32,000 nt of DNA from Kiritimatiella glycovorans (GCF_001017655.1 NZ_CP010904.1:2280001-2312000), one strand, 5' to 3'; positions 16,817-26,735 are shown, numbered from the stretch's first letter. Made by a program: numbers and translations. Notes: generated from the sequence alone by a model not told the origin.

Positions 16817-18160
16817 GGTTCTTTCTCGAATTTTGTGGATGAAAGCGTGAGACATCGCCCCAGATCTGCGCAAATGGTTGTGAACGCAATCATATACAGC
16901 AGGAGGAAGCGATGTCTCAGAAGTCATTGTTCACAGATTTGCTCGGGATTCAAGGATGGGGCGTAGTCGCCGGTGGAATTCGTATCGAGGAAGATGGCAG
17001 TGTGACGGTTCGAATCGATCGACGCAGTGTTGGTTACAGCTGTGGTCAGTGCGGGGAGGGGCTGTTGTTCACATACGACACGCAGCCACCGCGACGGATC
17101 CGGGACTTCCCGATCTGGGGCCGACAGTGCTACTTGGAAGTCGAGTTCGTCCGTGTGGATTGCCCTCGTTGCGGCGTGGTCATCGAGGGCTTGGACTGGG
17201 TTGAACGGTATGCTCGCCAGACCGTCCGTTATGAGAAGTACGTGGCAGGCTTGTGCGATCTGCTGCCAGTCAGCGATGTGGCCGCCCTGGAGGGCCTGAG
17301 TAAAGATGCCGTTTACCGAATGGACAAGAAGTGGCTGCAACGGCGTGATGCCAAGCGAGAGGAGCGCACGGTGCGATATCTGGGGATCGATGAGATCTCG
17401 CTGCGCAAGGGGCACCGCTACGCCACGGTTTTCTATGACTTGGAGCGCAAGGAGGTGATCGGCTTGGTAAAGACACGCAAGGAGCGCGCTGTGGGCGGGT
17501 TCTTCCGCTGCTTCGGTCGCAAGCGCTGCAAGGCTGTCGAGGCCGTGTGCATGGACCTCTGGCAGCCCTTCCTGAACAGCGTCCGACGGCACTGCAAGAA
17601 CGCCGTCGTTGTCTTCGATAAGTTCCATGTCTACAAGTACCTCAGTGATGCCATTGAGGCCGTACGTCGCCACGAGCAGTCCATATGCTCTGACGAAGAG
17701 GGCAAGCTGATCAAGGGCACGCGCTGGCTCTGGCTCAGGGCCTCACGCAACCTGAAGCGCAAACACAAACAGACTCTCGAACAGATCATGGCAATCAACC
17801 GACAATTACAGAAAGCGTACCTGCTCAAGGAGGACTTCGAGGCGTTCTACGCGTGCTCGACACGCGAAGAGGCCGAAGCCTTCCTGAAGGGGTGGATCAA
17901 GCGGTGTAAGCAGAGCCGGCTGGAGCCATTCATCAAGCTCGCCAAGCGCCTGGTCCGGTGGTCGCACGGCATCTTCTCCTACTTCGAATATCGCATCACC
18001 AACGGCGTGGCCGAGGGCATCAACAACAAAATCAAAGTACTCAAACGCAGGAGCTATGGCTTCCACGATGAGCACTACTTCTTCCTCAAAATACTCAATG
18101 CAACTGGAGCCCTACCCAGCTTCGAGCAACTCAGTGACCCACAATTTTAGCGAAAGAACC
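16817..18160 (+). mobile_element. ISL3-family insertion sequence (1344 bp)
   Basis: The IRs are ggttctttctcgaattttgtgg (16817-16838) and the reverse complement of 18139-18160, ggttctttcgctaaaattgtgg (18/22). A perfect 8-bp direct repeat TAAATGAA lies at 16809-16816 and 18161-18168. Confidence 0.9.
16912..18150 (+). CDS. ISL3-family transposase
   Basis: 412 aa. Has the N-terminal zinc-finger CGQCG...CPRCG and LGIDEISLRKGHRYATVFYDL. Also VCMDLWQPF, FDKFHV and GVAEGINNKIKVLKRRSYGF. Confidence 0.9.
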   Translation: MSQKSLFTDLLGIQGWGVVAGGIRIEEDGSVTVRIDRRSVGYSCGQCGEGLLFTYDTQPPRRIRDFPIWGRQCYLEVEFVRVDCPRCGVVIEGLDWVERYARQTVRYEKYVAGLCDLLPVSDVAALEGLSKDAVYRMDKKWLQRRDAKREERTVRYLGIDEISLRKGHRYATVFYDLERKEVIGLVKTRKERAVGGFFRCFGRKRCKAVEAVCMDLWQPFLNSVRRHCKNAVVVFDKFHVYKYLSDAIEAVRRHEQSICSDEEGKLIKGTRWLWLRASRNLKRKHKQTLEQIMAINRQLQKAYLLKEDFEAFYACSTREEAEAFLKGWIKRCKQSRLEPFIKLAKRLVRWSHGIFSYFEYRITNGVAEGINNKIKVLKRRSYGFHDEHYFFLKILNATGALPSFEQLSDPQF

Positions 18161-18163
18161 TAA

Positions 18164-21100
18164 ATGAATAACCGAATGCTCACTATTCTCGGAGTGGTTT
18201 TTTCTCTCGGCACGGCCTATGCCGGGATGGATTCTATCGGAGGATGGCATGCCGTTGGCAGTGACAACTCTTGTTTTGTCAGTAATGCGGCATCTCAGAT
18301 TTTGGCTGAACCAATGGTGTTATCCACCATGGAAAGTGGCGGCAGCGTACTTCCGGAAATGGCAATCACGGAGGCCATTCGGTCCCAGGCTGCAGCATTA
18401 AATAATGATCCTGTTGAAATTTTTGAGTTTGTTCGCAACCGGATTGGCTACGAGCTTTATTACGGTTGTTTTAAAGGTGCAGAAGGAACGCTGTTGAGCG
18501 GGTTTGGAAATGATTTGGATCAATGCGCTTTGCTGGGATCTTTGCTCAAGGTGGCGGACGATTCGATTGATGTCAGTTATGTTCGCGGAAATGTAATTTA
18601 TACGGGTGAGTTTTTAACGAATCTCACGGGTTGCCCAACGAACCATTTCCAACATTTGAACCCATGGTTTTTGATTCATGCGCCTGTACAGCGAGCTGAT
18701 GGGTGGGAATTCGATAAACATTACTGGCTTCAGGCGGAGATTGACGGAACAACCTATCAGCTGGATCCTTCGTTTGTACCGCATGAGTCCGCTCCCGAGG
18801 ATGCGGAAACTGTGCTGGCACAAGTCACTGGCTATACGCGAACCAATTTTTTAAGTACCGCATCGAATGGAGCCACTGTTTTTACTTCCGAACAGGTCCA
18901 AAATGTAAATGAGACAGCAGTCGAAAATCTTTTGCGTGGCTACGTGGCGCAGGTTCATCAGGCCCAAAATGATGGCGATTCTGAGGTTGAACAACTTGTC
19001 GGGCAGCGCATGCCTCAAAGTGAACCTCTTTCGGTTCTCAGCACGAATCTGCCACCGGACATGGTTCGGGTTGCGTCCTCCAGTGTATTGGGCAGCTTAC
19101 CAGACAATATGTTTGCCCGCTATGAGCTGACGCATGAATCGGGTTTCAGTTCTGTTGCTTTGAAGGGGTATGAGCTGGCAGGGAAACGGATCACGATTTT
19201 TTATGATTCCGATGATGGGAACAGGCCGGTTCTTCGACTGGATGGAGAGGAAAAGGCCCGCGGAACAACGGCATTAACGGTTGGGTATGTTAAGAATCTC
19301 ACCCTTAAAGTACTTCTGCCTTCGTTTTTTGGAATGTATGAGAAGGCCAATGCAAACAAGCCATGTGATTTGACCGTTGGTTACAGCTATAGTGTGGTTT
19401 CAGACCTCCTAATGGCTTCTCCAAAAGTGCTGGCGCGAGAGAGCCGTAAACTGGCGGCTTTCCGGTCACAGGGCTTAAGCGACGCTTCGGAAGAAGTGCT
19501 TGGAACCACGTTGCACCTGATGAATCTATTTTACTGTCGTCAGAACACGTTGCAAAACAAGCTTCTGAGTCGTCTGACCGGAATTCCGTCGCTGGGGCTT
19601 TTCCAGGGCGGAGTTGTGGCTCAGGAGGAAGGCTATTATATTGACCTGCCGTTGCTTGGAATGTCTTACGTAATGCAGATGCCGGATTCCTCGTCATTGT
19701 TTCAAGCCTCGTCGTTCATGGCCAGCGGTTTGGAGCATGGGATGCTGGAGCAGATCATGGGACCTGAGCGTCCGGGAATTTCTTCAACGAAGGGCATTGC
19801 ATTGAATAATGCAAACGGGAAGCACACGTATTATGCGACCTCTGCAAACTGGACCTCCGGCCTGAACGTTAAGTCCAAGCTTTCCGGCTATACTCCGGCT
19901 CAAAAAACCGATTTAGGCACTGAAATCAATAAGGGATACAGGATGGTGCTTCCACGAAATGCAGTGACGGTCGGTAATTGGACGGGAATCACTTATTTCA
20001 AGGTTTATTCACAGGCTCTGGGTGCGATTATTTCAGGAGCCTACGGCACCCAGAACGGGGGTTATTCAGGTTATCAGGGATATGTGCCGCCGCCGGTTGT
20101 TAATACGGTCACTCGAACCACGTACATTCCGCCCCCGCCGCCTCCTATTCAGCTTTTCCGCCCCAAAAGCATCGAGCCGGTTGATCTCTATTCCGGCGAC
20201 TATCTTCTGGATCACAAGGACTTAACATTATCCGGCCCGTTACCGTTGATTCTTAACCGTCATTATAACAGTGGGCAGGTTGCCGCAGATGGAGTGATGG
20301 GGCCGGGCTGGTGCCATTCACTTCAAATCGAAATCGACGAACACAGTAGCGGCGATTTTGCTTTTGGCGAACGAGACACGGCTGATGCCGCCGCCGTTTT
20401 AGCCGCCCAAATGATCGCGTTGGATCTGATGCGTAATGAAGACAACGCGAAAGGCTGGACGACGGCTGCCATTGCTGCAAAATGGGCTCTGGACTCCGCC
20501 GTGGAAAATACAATTACCGTTCGAATCGGCGAATCCGGAAGACAATTCACGCGCCTGCCTGATGGGGAATTCAATCCGCCCCCTGGATCAACAGATAAAC
20601 TGATACAAACAAACGGCGTTTATATTTTACAGGAACGGAATGCCAACAAGTATACGTTCAACACCAACAATCTGATTGCCGAAATTGCGGATACAGACGG
20701 AAACACGCTTACGTTTACTTACAATGCACAGACCAACCTGCAAAGCGTTGTCAGCAGTTTTGGGCCGACCCTCTCTTTCAGTTATACCGGCGGGTTGCTG
20801 ACGAGCGTGAGCGATAACTCGACGCCGACCCGCACCATTCAATACCAATATGATTCCAGCGACAACCTGACGAACTTTGTGGATGCCGTCGGGTTTGACT
20901 GGGGAATCGCCTATAGCGACACAAACCATCCGAGCGCAATTACTTCGCTAACCGATCCAGAAGGCATTACCACTATTCAGAACTTTTACAATTCCCTTGG
21001 TGTTGTGACTCAGCAGATATCCGCAACATCCAATATTTGGAAATTTCACACATCCAATGCCCAGAGCATCGAAGAAGATCCCGCTGGACGAAAGACAATC

Positions 21101-24100
21101 TACCGTTTCGATTTAAAGGGCCGCACCGTTGAAACACAGGCCGCAGACGGCAACAGCACATTCCGCAGATATAACGAACGCGATCAGGTTACAAATTCTG
21201 TTAATGCCGCAGGTGTGACCAATCTCCTCGTATATGACAACAGCCTGAACCTGGTCGAAAAGCGGGAATCTGCCGGAACATCCGAAGAGCGGGTTTCGGT
21301 TTATGGATATGATGCAAGCAATCGGCTGGTCTGCATCAGCAATCAGCTCAGCGCCACAGAGTGGCAGGTTTCCCGTTTTGAGTACGATTCCGAACACCAT
21401 GTGACAAAAACAACAGATGCCCTCAGCAACGAAACAACCTTTGTTTATTACCCCAGCGGGCTGCTTCAGCAAAAGAGTGAAGGGAACGGCTTGCGTGTCA
21501 CGTCATACACGTACGATTCATACGGAAACCCTGACACCGTCATTTCCACAGATTCAGGAACGAATGATTTCCTTTATAATGCCAGAGGAGAACTGCTCCA
21601 GCATACGGACAGCCGAGGGCAGACAACGGAAACCACCTATGATGCCAGCGGAAACCTGTTGCTTACCGAATTTTCTGACGGCACCACCGTCAGCAACAGC
21701 TATTGGAACAACGGGCTTCTCAAAACGGTTACCGATGCGAGAGGACATACCACGCACTACACCTATACTCCGGCCTACAAACAGAAAACAATCACCGCCC
21801 CGGATGGAGGAGTCGTCTCCAACGCATATGATGCCGCCGACCGCCTCGTTTCTGTTACGGATGCAAAAGGAAATGTTGTCAGTAATCTGCTGGATGACGT
21901 TGGAAGAACAATTGCCAGTTATTCAACGCTCACCACCCGGCAGTTCGCATACGATAAGGCAGGAAACATCACGAACTCTGTAATTGATCCTTCAGGGCTT
22001 AATCTTTGGGATCATACGGCATATGATGATTTCAGCCGCCCGGTTTCCAAATCCACGCCGCTGGCAACGGAGACGTTTCAGTATGACCCACTTGGACGGA
22101 TGACCAATCGGATTGATCAGATTTCCAAACATTGGAAAACTGAATTTGACCCGCTAAGTCGCCCCATCGCGTCCGTGCGCCCCTCCGGCGCGCGTGAGGA
22201 AAGCGACTATAATGCGCTCAGCTTCCGGACGCAGTTCCGCAATGCCGAAGGCAACGTCATTTCCTTTGGTGTGGATGCGCAAAGTCGAGTTACTTCCATC
22301 ACCAATGCCATCGGCAACGTGACCCGGTATCAGTTTGATAATAACGGAAACCTGACCAATCGCACCGATGCGGCAGGCCGATCAACGGCGTATATTTTTG
22401 ACGGGATGAACCGGATCGACAGGGTCGAGTATCCTGACATGACACAGTCTGTTTTCGACCATGACGCGAGCGGCAATCTGATCCTTTCCTCCAATGAAAA
22501 TGCCGAAATTACTTTCGCGTATGACACGATGAATCGACTTTCTGAGGCAGATGTTTCTCTGCGTTCTTTGAGTTCTTTCGCGGTTACAAACTCCTGCGAT
22601 CTGAATGGAAACCGAACCAACATTCTCTATCCCGGCGGATTGAGCGTTTCGTACAGTTTTGACGAAGAAAACCGCTTGGAGAGTGTGACCGCGAATCACG
22701 CGAATTTCGCGAATGAATTTTCATTCGGATATGATGGAGCTTCGCGCCTCACCAACATCGTCTATCCAAACTCCGTGGTTTCAGCTTTTGAATACGATGC
22801 CGAAAACCGGATTGTGGGCTTCACTCACGGAACTTTCTGTGAGCATGCAATTCAGCGGGACGTTCGTGGCTTTAAAATAAGGGAGGATATTTACGAAGGG
22901 CTTGTTCCCAACTTCACGAATAATCTTCACCAAACCCTTACGCACAATGACGCCGATCAGCTTGTTTCAGACGGTTTGGACAGCTATGCGTATAACAATA
23001 ACGGATGCCTTACCAATACCGCTGGAGCTGAATATCAGTGGGATTACAACGATCATCTTACATCCGTCAATGGAACAGAATACCTGTACGATGCGTCGGG
23101 TGCGCGGATTGGACGGATTTGGGGCGGGGTTACAAACTACTTTATTCTGGATTACCACGCTCCGCTCAAGATGCCGTTAGCCGAGGCGAATGCTGATGGG
23201 AGCATTACACGCTACTATGTTTGGTCGTCACACGGGCTGTTAGCGCATTTTGACCGCAACCCCGCCACCGGCGCGATCACATCAACTCGCTACTATCATG
23301 CGAATGAGCAAAAAAGCGTTCTCGCACTTACTGATGAAACCGGGAGCGTTACCGACCGGTTTGCGTATTCGCCATATGGACAGGTTCTCGGACGAACCGG
23401 CACCACAGATACGCCGTACCAGTGGATTGGAGGTCTTGCCGTTCGCAACGAAGGCGGCGGTTTATATTTTATGCTCAACCGCTATTACTCGGCTGACGTG
23501 CGACGCTTCCTCAGCATCGACCCCGCAGGTATCGACAGTTTCCCGAACCTCTATGCTTATGCGGATATTAATCCATTGGCGTTCGTAGACCCCCTCGGAT
23601 TATGGCAGGTCACAATCGGTGCTGCATATGGCTATGGTGGACGTGTTACGTTTGGGAAGAATAATGGCCGGTGGAATGTGGGGGGTGCTGTTGGATATGG
23701 CCTTGGTGCTATGATTGATTTTGCTCCGGGAAATAGTGCTCCCGCATTCGCTTCTCAAGGCGAAGCATCTCATGTTGGCGTTGAAGTCTCAGGAGGTGCC
23801 AAACTCCTAAATGCACTTGATGTTTCTGGAGGCCTTCGGGTACGTGTGGATGCCGATGATGCAACTAATGTGGAAGGCCGAGGAGGACTGATTGGTTCGC
23901 TAACCATCCCGGGAACAATTATCAATGCTAATGGATCTGCTGACGTTGTTGTTCAAGGAAATATTTCTCAGAAGACTTCCGATTCATTTTTGGAAGCAAG
24001 TCCAGAGCCGACCAGTTTTGGATTTGGAGCTATGGTTTTTGGAGGGATCACTGGGGGTACTTCTTGGCAAAGCAAGCCCCCGCAGGGTAGTTCCCCAAGT

Positions 24101-24139
24101 ACAACCCATGGACACACAACAACAGGATATTTGAAATGA
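18164..24139 (+). CDS. Rhs/YD-repeat polymorphic toxin with Sec signal peptide and N-terminal transglutaminase-like domain
   Basis: The signal peptide is MNNRMLTILGVVFSLGTAYA|G. A transglutaminase-like triad pattern is present: Cys121 in GNDLDQCALLG, His186 and Asp201 in HYWLQAEIDGTTYQLDPS. After a Pro-rich linker the shell begins at VDLYSGDYLLDHKDLTL (about 20155). Dozens of YDxxGN repeats follow, then an Rhs core ending DINPLAFVDPLGL (23588-23602). Confidence 0.9.
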   Translation: MNNRMLTILGVVFSLGTAYAGMDSIGGWHAVGSDNSCFVSNAASQILAEPMVLSTMESGGSVLPEMAITEAIRSQAAALNNDPVEIFEFVRNRIGYELYYGCFKGAEGTLLSGFGNDLDQCALLGSLLKVADDSIDVSYVRGNVIYTGEFLTNLTGCPTNHFQHLNPWFLIHAPVQRADGWEFDKHYWLQAEIDGTTYQLDPSFVPHESAPEDAETVLAQVTGYTRTNFLSTASNGATVFTSEQVQNVNETAVENLLRGYVAQVHQAQNDGDSEVEQLVGQRMPQSEPLSVLSTNLPPDMVRVASSSVLGSLPDNMFARYELTHESGFSSVALKGYELAGKRITIFYDSDDGNRPVLRLDGEEKARGTTALTVGYVKNLTLKVLLPSFFGMYEKANANKPCDLTVGYSYSVVSDLLMASPKVLARESRKLAAFRSQGLSDASEEVLGTTLHLMNLFYCRQNTLQNKLLSRLTGIPSLGLFQGGVVAQEEGYYIDLPLLGMSYVMQMPDSSSLFQASSFMASGLEHGMLEQIMGPERPGISSTKGIALNNANGKHTYYATSANWTSGLNVKSKLSGYTPAQKTDLGTEINKGYRMVLPRNAVTVGNWTGITYFKVYSQALGAIISGAYGTQNGGYSGYQGYVPPPVVNTVTRTTYIPPPPPPIQLFRPKSIEPVDLYSGDYLLDHKDLTLSGPLPLILNRHYNSGQVAADGVMGPGWCHSLQIEIDEHSSGDFAFGERDTADAAAVLAAQMIALDLMRNEDNAKGWTTAAIAAKWALDSAVENTITVRIGESGRQFTRLPDGEFNPPPGSTDKLIQTNGVYILQERNANKYTFNTNNLIAEIADTDGNTLTFTYNAQTNLQSVVSSFGPTLSFSYTGGLLTSVSDNSTPTRTIQYQYDSSDNLTNFVDAVGFDWGIAYSDTNHPSAITSLTDPEGITTIQNFYNSLGVVTQQISATSNIWKFHTSNAQSIEEDPAGRKTIYRFDLKGRTVETQAADGNSTFRRYNERDQVTNSVNAAGVTNLLVYDNSLNLVEKRESAGTSEERVSVYGYDASNRLVCISNQLSATEWQVSRFEYDSEHHVTKTTDALSNETTFVYYPSGLLQQKSEGNGLRVTSYTYDSYGNPDTVISTDSGTNDFLYNARGELLQHTDSRGQTTETTYDASGNLLLTEFSDGTTVSNSYWNNGLLKTVTDARGHTTHYTYTPAYKQKTITAPDGGVVSNAYDAADRLVSVTDAKGNVVSNLLDDVGRTIASYSTLTTRQFAYDKAGNITNSVIDPSGLNLWDHTAYDDFSRPVSKSTPLATETFQYDPLGRMTNRIDQISKHWKTEFDPLSRPIASVRPSGAREESDYNALSFRTQFRNAEGNVISFGVDAQSRVTSITNAIGNVTRYQFDNNGNLTNRTDAAGRSTAYIFDGMNRIDRVEYPDMTQSVFDHDASGNLILSSNENAEITFAYDTMNRLSEADVSLRSLSSFAVTNSCDLNGNRTNILYPGGLSVSYSFDEENRLESVTANHANFANEFSFGYDGASRLTNIVYPNSVVSAFEYDAENRIVGFTHGTFCEHAIQRDVRGFKIREDIYEGLVPNFTNNLHQTLTHNDADQLVSDGLDSYAYNNNGCLTNTAGAEYQWDYNDHLTSVNGTEYLYDASGARIGRIWGGVTNYFILDYHAPLKMPLAEANADGSITRYYVWSSHGLLAHFDRNPATGAITSTRYYHANEQKSVLALTDETGSVTDRFAYSPYGQVLGRTGTTDTPYQWIGGLAVRNEGGGLYFMLNRYYSADVRRFLSIDPAGIDSFPNLYAYADINPLAFVDPLGLWQVTIGAAYGYGGRVTFGKNNGRWNVGGAVGYGLGAMIDFAPGNSAPAFASQGEASHVGVEVSGGAKLLNALDVSGGLRVRVDADDATNVEGRGGLIGSLTIPGTIINANGSADVVVQGNISQKTSDSFLEASPEPTSFGFGAMVFGGITGGTSWQSKPPQGSSPSTTHGHTTTGYLK
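23603..24136 (+). other. Rhs C-terminal toxin domain, glycine-rich, family unassigned
   Basis: This is the 178 aa after DPLGL. It is Gly-rich with glycine-zipper-like runs (GAAYGYGG, VGGAVGYGLGAM, GFGAMVFGGITGG). I could recognise no nuclease, deaminase or ART catalytic motif. Confidence 0.6.
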
Positions 24140-24519
24140 TTAAATTATCTCCAAAAAGCTGGTGTCTCATAATAATCTGTGTTTTCGGCGGTGCTGTTTT
24201 GGTGACAACAATTTTAAATATGCATGTTTACAAAAGACCCGAAATAGAATACTGCAAAGCTTTTTTAAACAAACAGAAGAATATTTTTCCAACGTCTATT
24301 GGGTCTGTTAAATCCGTTGACTATAGAAAACAAGCCGCAGCAAAAGTGTCATTTAGAAAAGATGGGATTCAGGGGTTCTATTGTTTTGATGTGTCTGGTG
24401 ATACGGGAGAAATAAGGGTTCGCGTACATTGGAATAATACGAAAAACAATGATGATTTTCGAGTTGTTCGGGTTGAGCAGATTCGTGGAAGTGATTACCC
24501 TTTTCAAATTTGGCCGTAG
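24136..24519 (+). CDS. putative cognate immunity protein (N-terminal TM anchor plus small beta-rich domain)
   Basis: 127 aa. The start overlaps the rhs stop (ATGA). A hydrophobic helix is CLIIICVFGGAVLVTTIL. The role is assigned from its position immediately 3' of the toxin. Confidence 0.6.
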   Translation: MIKLSPKSWCLIIICVFGGAVLVTTILNMHVYKRPEIEYCKAFLNKQKNIFPTSIGSVKSVDYRKQAAAKVSFRKDGIQGFYCFDVSGDTGEIRVRVHWNNTKNNDDFRVVRVEQIRGSDYPFQIWP

Positions 24520-24536
24520 GAAAAAGGAGAACGACT

Positions 24537-26369
24537 GTGTTAAGTCGAACCCGCTATCAGTTTGATAATAACGGGAACCCAACCAATCGAATTGATTCCA
24601 TGAGCCGTTCCACCGGCTATGTTTTTGATGACATGAACCGGATGGTTCGGATTGATTATCCGAATGCAACACAGGCCGGTTTCGACCACGACAACAACGG
24701 AAACGTAACACTCTTCTTCAATGAGAATGCAGAGGTTGCTTTTGCATATGATGAGATGAACCGACTCGCCGCTTCGACCCAATCTGTGTCTTCTGTGAAT
24801 TTTGTGGTTCAAAATTCGTTCGATTTGAACGGCAATCGAACAAACATCACCTATCCGGGTGGCCTTGTTGTCAGTTACTCATTTGATGAGGATAATCGTC
24901 TGACATCGGCTTCCGCTAAAAATGCGAATGGCACATACACCTTTTCTTTCGGATATGATGGAGCATCGCGGTTGACCGGCATTTCCTATCCGAACGGAAT
25001 CAATGCAACGGTTGGTTATGATGCAGAAAGCCGCGTCACCAACTATGTTCACGGAACCGTTTTGAACCACGTAATTACTCGTGATTTGCGAGGTTTCAAA
25101 ACCCGTGAGGATATTTATGCCGGACTGATTCCAAGCTTTACGAATGGCTTGCGCCAGACTCGTGCGCACAACGATGCCGATCAGCTTCTTTCGGCAGGTG
25201 ATGAAGATTACGCCTATGATGCGAATGGAAACCTCACCAACGCCAGCGGAACGACGTATGAATGGGATTATGACAACCGCCTGCTCCGTTTCGGCCACAC
25301 GGAATACAGTTATGATGCTTCCGGTGGACGGGTTGAACGCGTCGAAAATGGAACAACCAACTTCTTCGTGCTCGACTATGCCGATCCCTTGAAACGACCG
25401 CTTGCCGAGGTAGATGGTGCGGGAACTATCACACAATATTATATCTGGAGACCCGCCGGATTATTGGCGCACATTGAGGCAAACGGCGCGGTTTATTATT
25501 ATCACCAAAACGAGCAGGGTTCCACATTGGCGCTCACCGATACCAATGCAGCCGTTGTTGCTCAGTATGCCTACAGCCCGCACGGAGAAATTCTTCAGAA
25601 AACCGGTTCAGTTGAAACGCCCTATACGTTCATTGGCGGCTTCGGCGTACGTGCTGAAAACAGCGACACATACTATATGCTCAATCGCTACTACTCCGTT
25701 TCTCAGCGCCGCTTCCTTTCGATCGACCCCGCTGGCATCGACAGTTTTGCCAACCTCTATGTTTACGGGAACCTGAATCCTTTGTTTGGCGTAGACCCAA
25801 CTGGGTTGTTGACCGTTTTCGTTCATGGAACCTATTCGGACAGCTCGACGTTTAATCAGGCTACGAGAAATATTTATGCGGAAACATTTAATGATCAAAA
25901 TCAAATTTCATTTGAGTGGAGCGGCATGAACAACACCCTTGCAAGAAAAATTGCAGGGCGGCGACTGGCAGGAAATATTAACGAATACCGCACACAGTAT
26001 CCAAATGAACCCATAACCATTGTTTCCCATAGTCACGGAGGAAATGTTGCATTTGAGGCCAGTAAACGAGCTGGCATTGACAATCTGGTTACGCTAGGAA
26101 CCCCAGCAAGGACATTTACTCACAATCCGAACGAGTCCAATATTGGTGAGTGGTACAATGTCTATTCCCATGGGGACAAGGTTCAGGTTTCAGGTGGCGG
26201 TTTGTTCCAGCCTTTTTTCCAGGAAGCAGGTCCGGCAGGTCGTACATTTAGTGGTGCCCATAACATTGAAACAAAGCACTCTTCTGGATGGGTACAAACA
26301 CACCTTGATCTCACAGGACGCGTGGGTGCTGATGCCGTCGGAAACTACATGAATAGGCCTGCAAAATGA
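24537..26369 (+). CDS. orphan Rhs C-terminal module with alpha/beta-hydrolase (lipase/esterase-like) toxin domain
   Basis: It is collinear with, and by eye about 60% identical to, residues encoded by 22322-23602 of the main rhs. The Rhs core ends at GVDPTGL (25794-25808). The CT carries VFVHG and the nucleophile elbow VSHSHGG. AAGGAG (24524-24529) lies 7 nt before GTG 24537; the track lists a TTG at 24510. Confidence 0.8.
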   Translation: MLSRTRYQFDNNGNPTNRIDSMSRSTGYVFDDMNRMVRIDYPNATQAGFDHDNNGNVTLFFNENAEVAFAYDEMNRLAASTQSVSSVNFVVQNSFDLNGNRTNITYPGGLVVSYSFDEDNRLTSASAKNANGTYTFSFGYDGASRLTGISYPNGINATVGYDAESRVTNYVHGTVLNHVITRDLRGFKTREDIYAGLIPSFTNGLRQTRAHNDADQLLSAGDEDYAYDANGNLTNASGTTYEWDYDNRLLRFGHTEYSYDASGGRVERVENGTTNFFVLDYADPLKRPLAEVDGAGTITQYYIWRPAGLLAHIEANGAVYYYHQNEQGSTLALTDTNAAVVAQYAYSPHGEILQKTGSVETPYTFIGGFGVRAENSDTYYMLNRYYSVSQRRFLSIDPAGIDSFANLYVYGNLNPLFGVDPTGLLTVFVHGTYSDSSTFNQATRNIYAETFNDQNQISFEWSGMNNTLARKIAGRRLAGNINEYRTQYPNEPITIVSHSHGGNVAFEASKRAGIDNLVTLGTPARTFTHNPNESNIGEWYNVYSHGDKVQVSGGGLFQPFFQEAGPAGRTFSGAHNIETKHSSGWVQTHLDLTGRVGADAVGNYMNRPAK

Positions 26370-26728
26370 AAAAATTATTAATGGAATCTCTGATTGCTGG
26401 GGCTGTTTTACTCGGACTTATATCACTGTTGAATGTTCTTGTTATACCCCTCGTGTTTTCATCTTTGTATGCTATCAATAGCTTAGCGGTTACGTTTTAT
26501 ACCTTTCTCATAACAGCCCCTATTGCTTTTATTTTTGGGTTCTTTGTATGGTGGATATTTTCGAAGCTTCGATTGCCATGGAGATGCGTTCTGGTTGGGT
26601 TCTTTTTTTCAATCTACGTCTTTTTCAACGTAAAATTCTACCCCATGGAAAAGGTAAATAAGGAGGATAGGCTACCTACTTTTGAAGAAGTTCTGCGCAA
26701 GCCAGAGGGCGAGTTCAATGAGTTTTAG
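26366..26728 (+). CDS. putative immunity protein, polytopic membrane protein
   Basis: 120 aa. The start overlaps the orphan stop (ATGA). Three or four hydrophobic segments are visible (AGAVLLGLISLLNVLVIPLVF, FLITAPIAFIFGFFVWWIF, VLVGFFFSIYVFF). Confidence 0.6.
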   Translation: MKKLLMESLIAGAVLLGLISLLNVLVIPLVFSSLYAINSLAVTFYTFLITAPIAFIFGFFVWWIFSKLRLPWRCVLVGFFFSIYVFFNVKFYPMEKVNKEDRLPTFEEVLRKPEGEFNEF

Positions 26729-26735
26729 GAAAAGA

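Noticed and set aside
18164-26728. T6SS-delivered Rhs effector
   Set aside because: There is no PAAR domain at the N-terminus and no vgrG, hcp or chaperone genes nearby. The protein instead starts with a classical Sec signal peptide.
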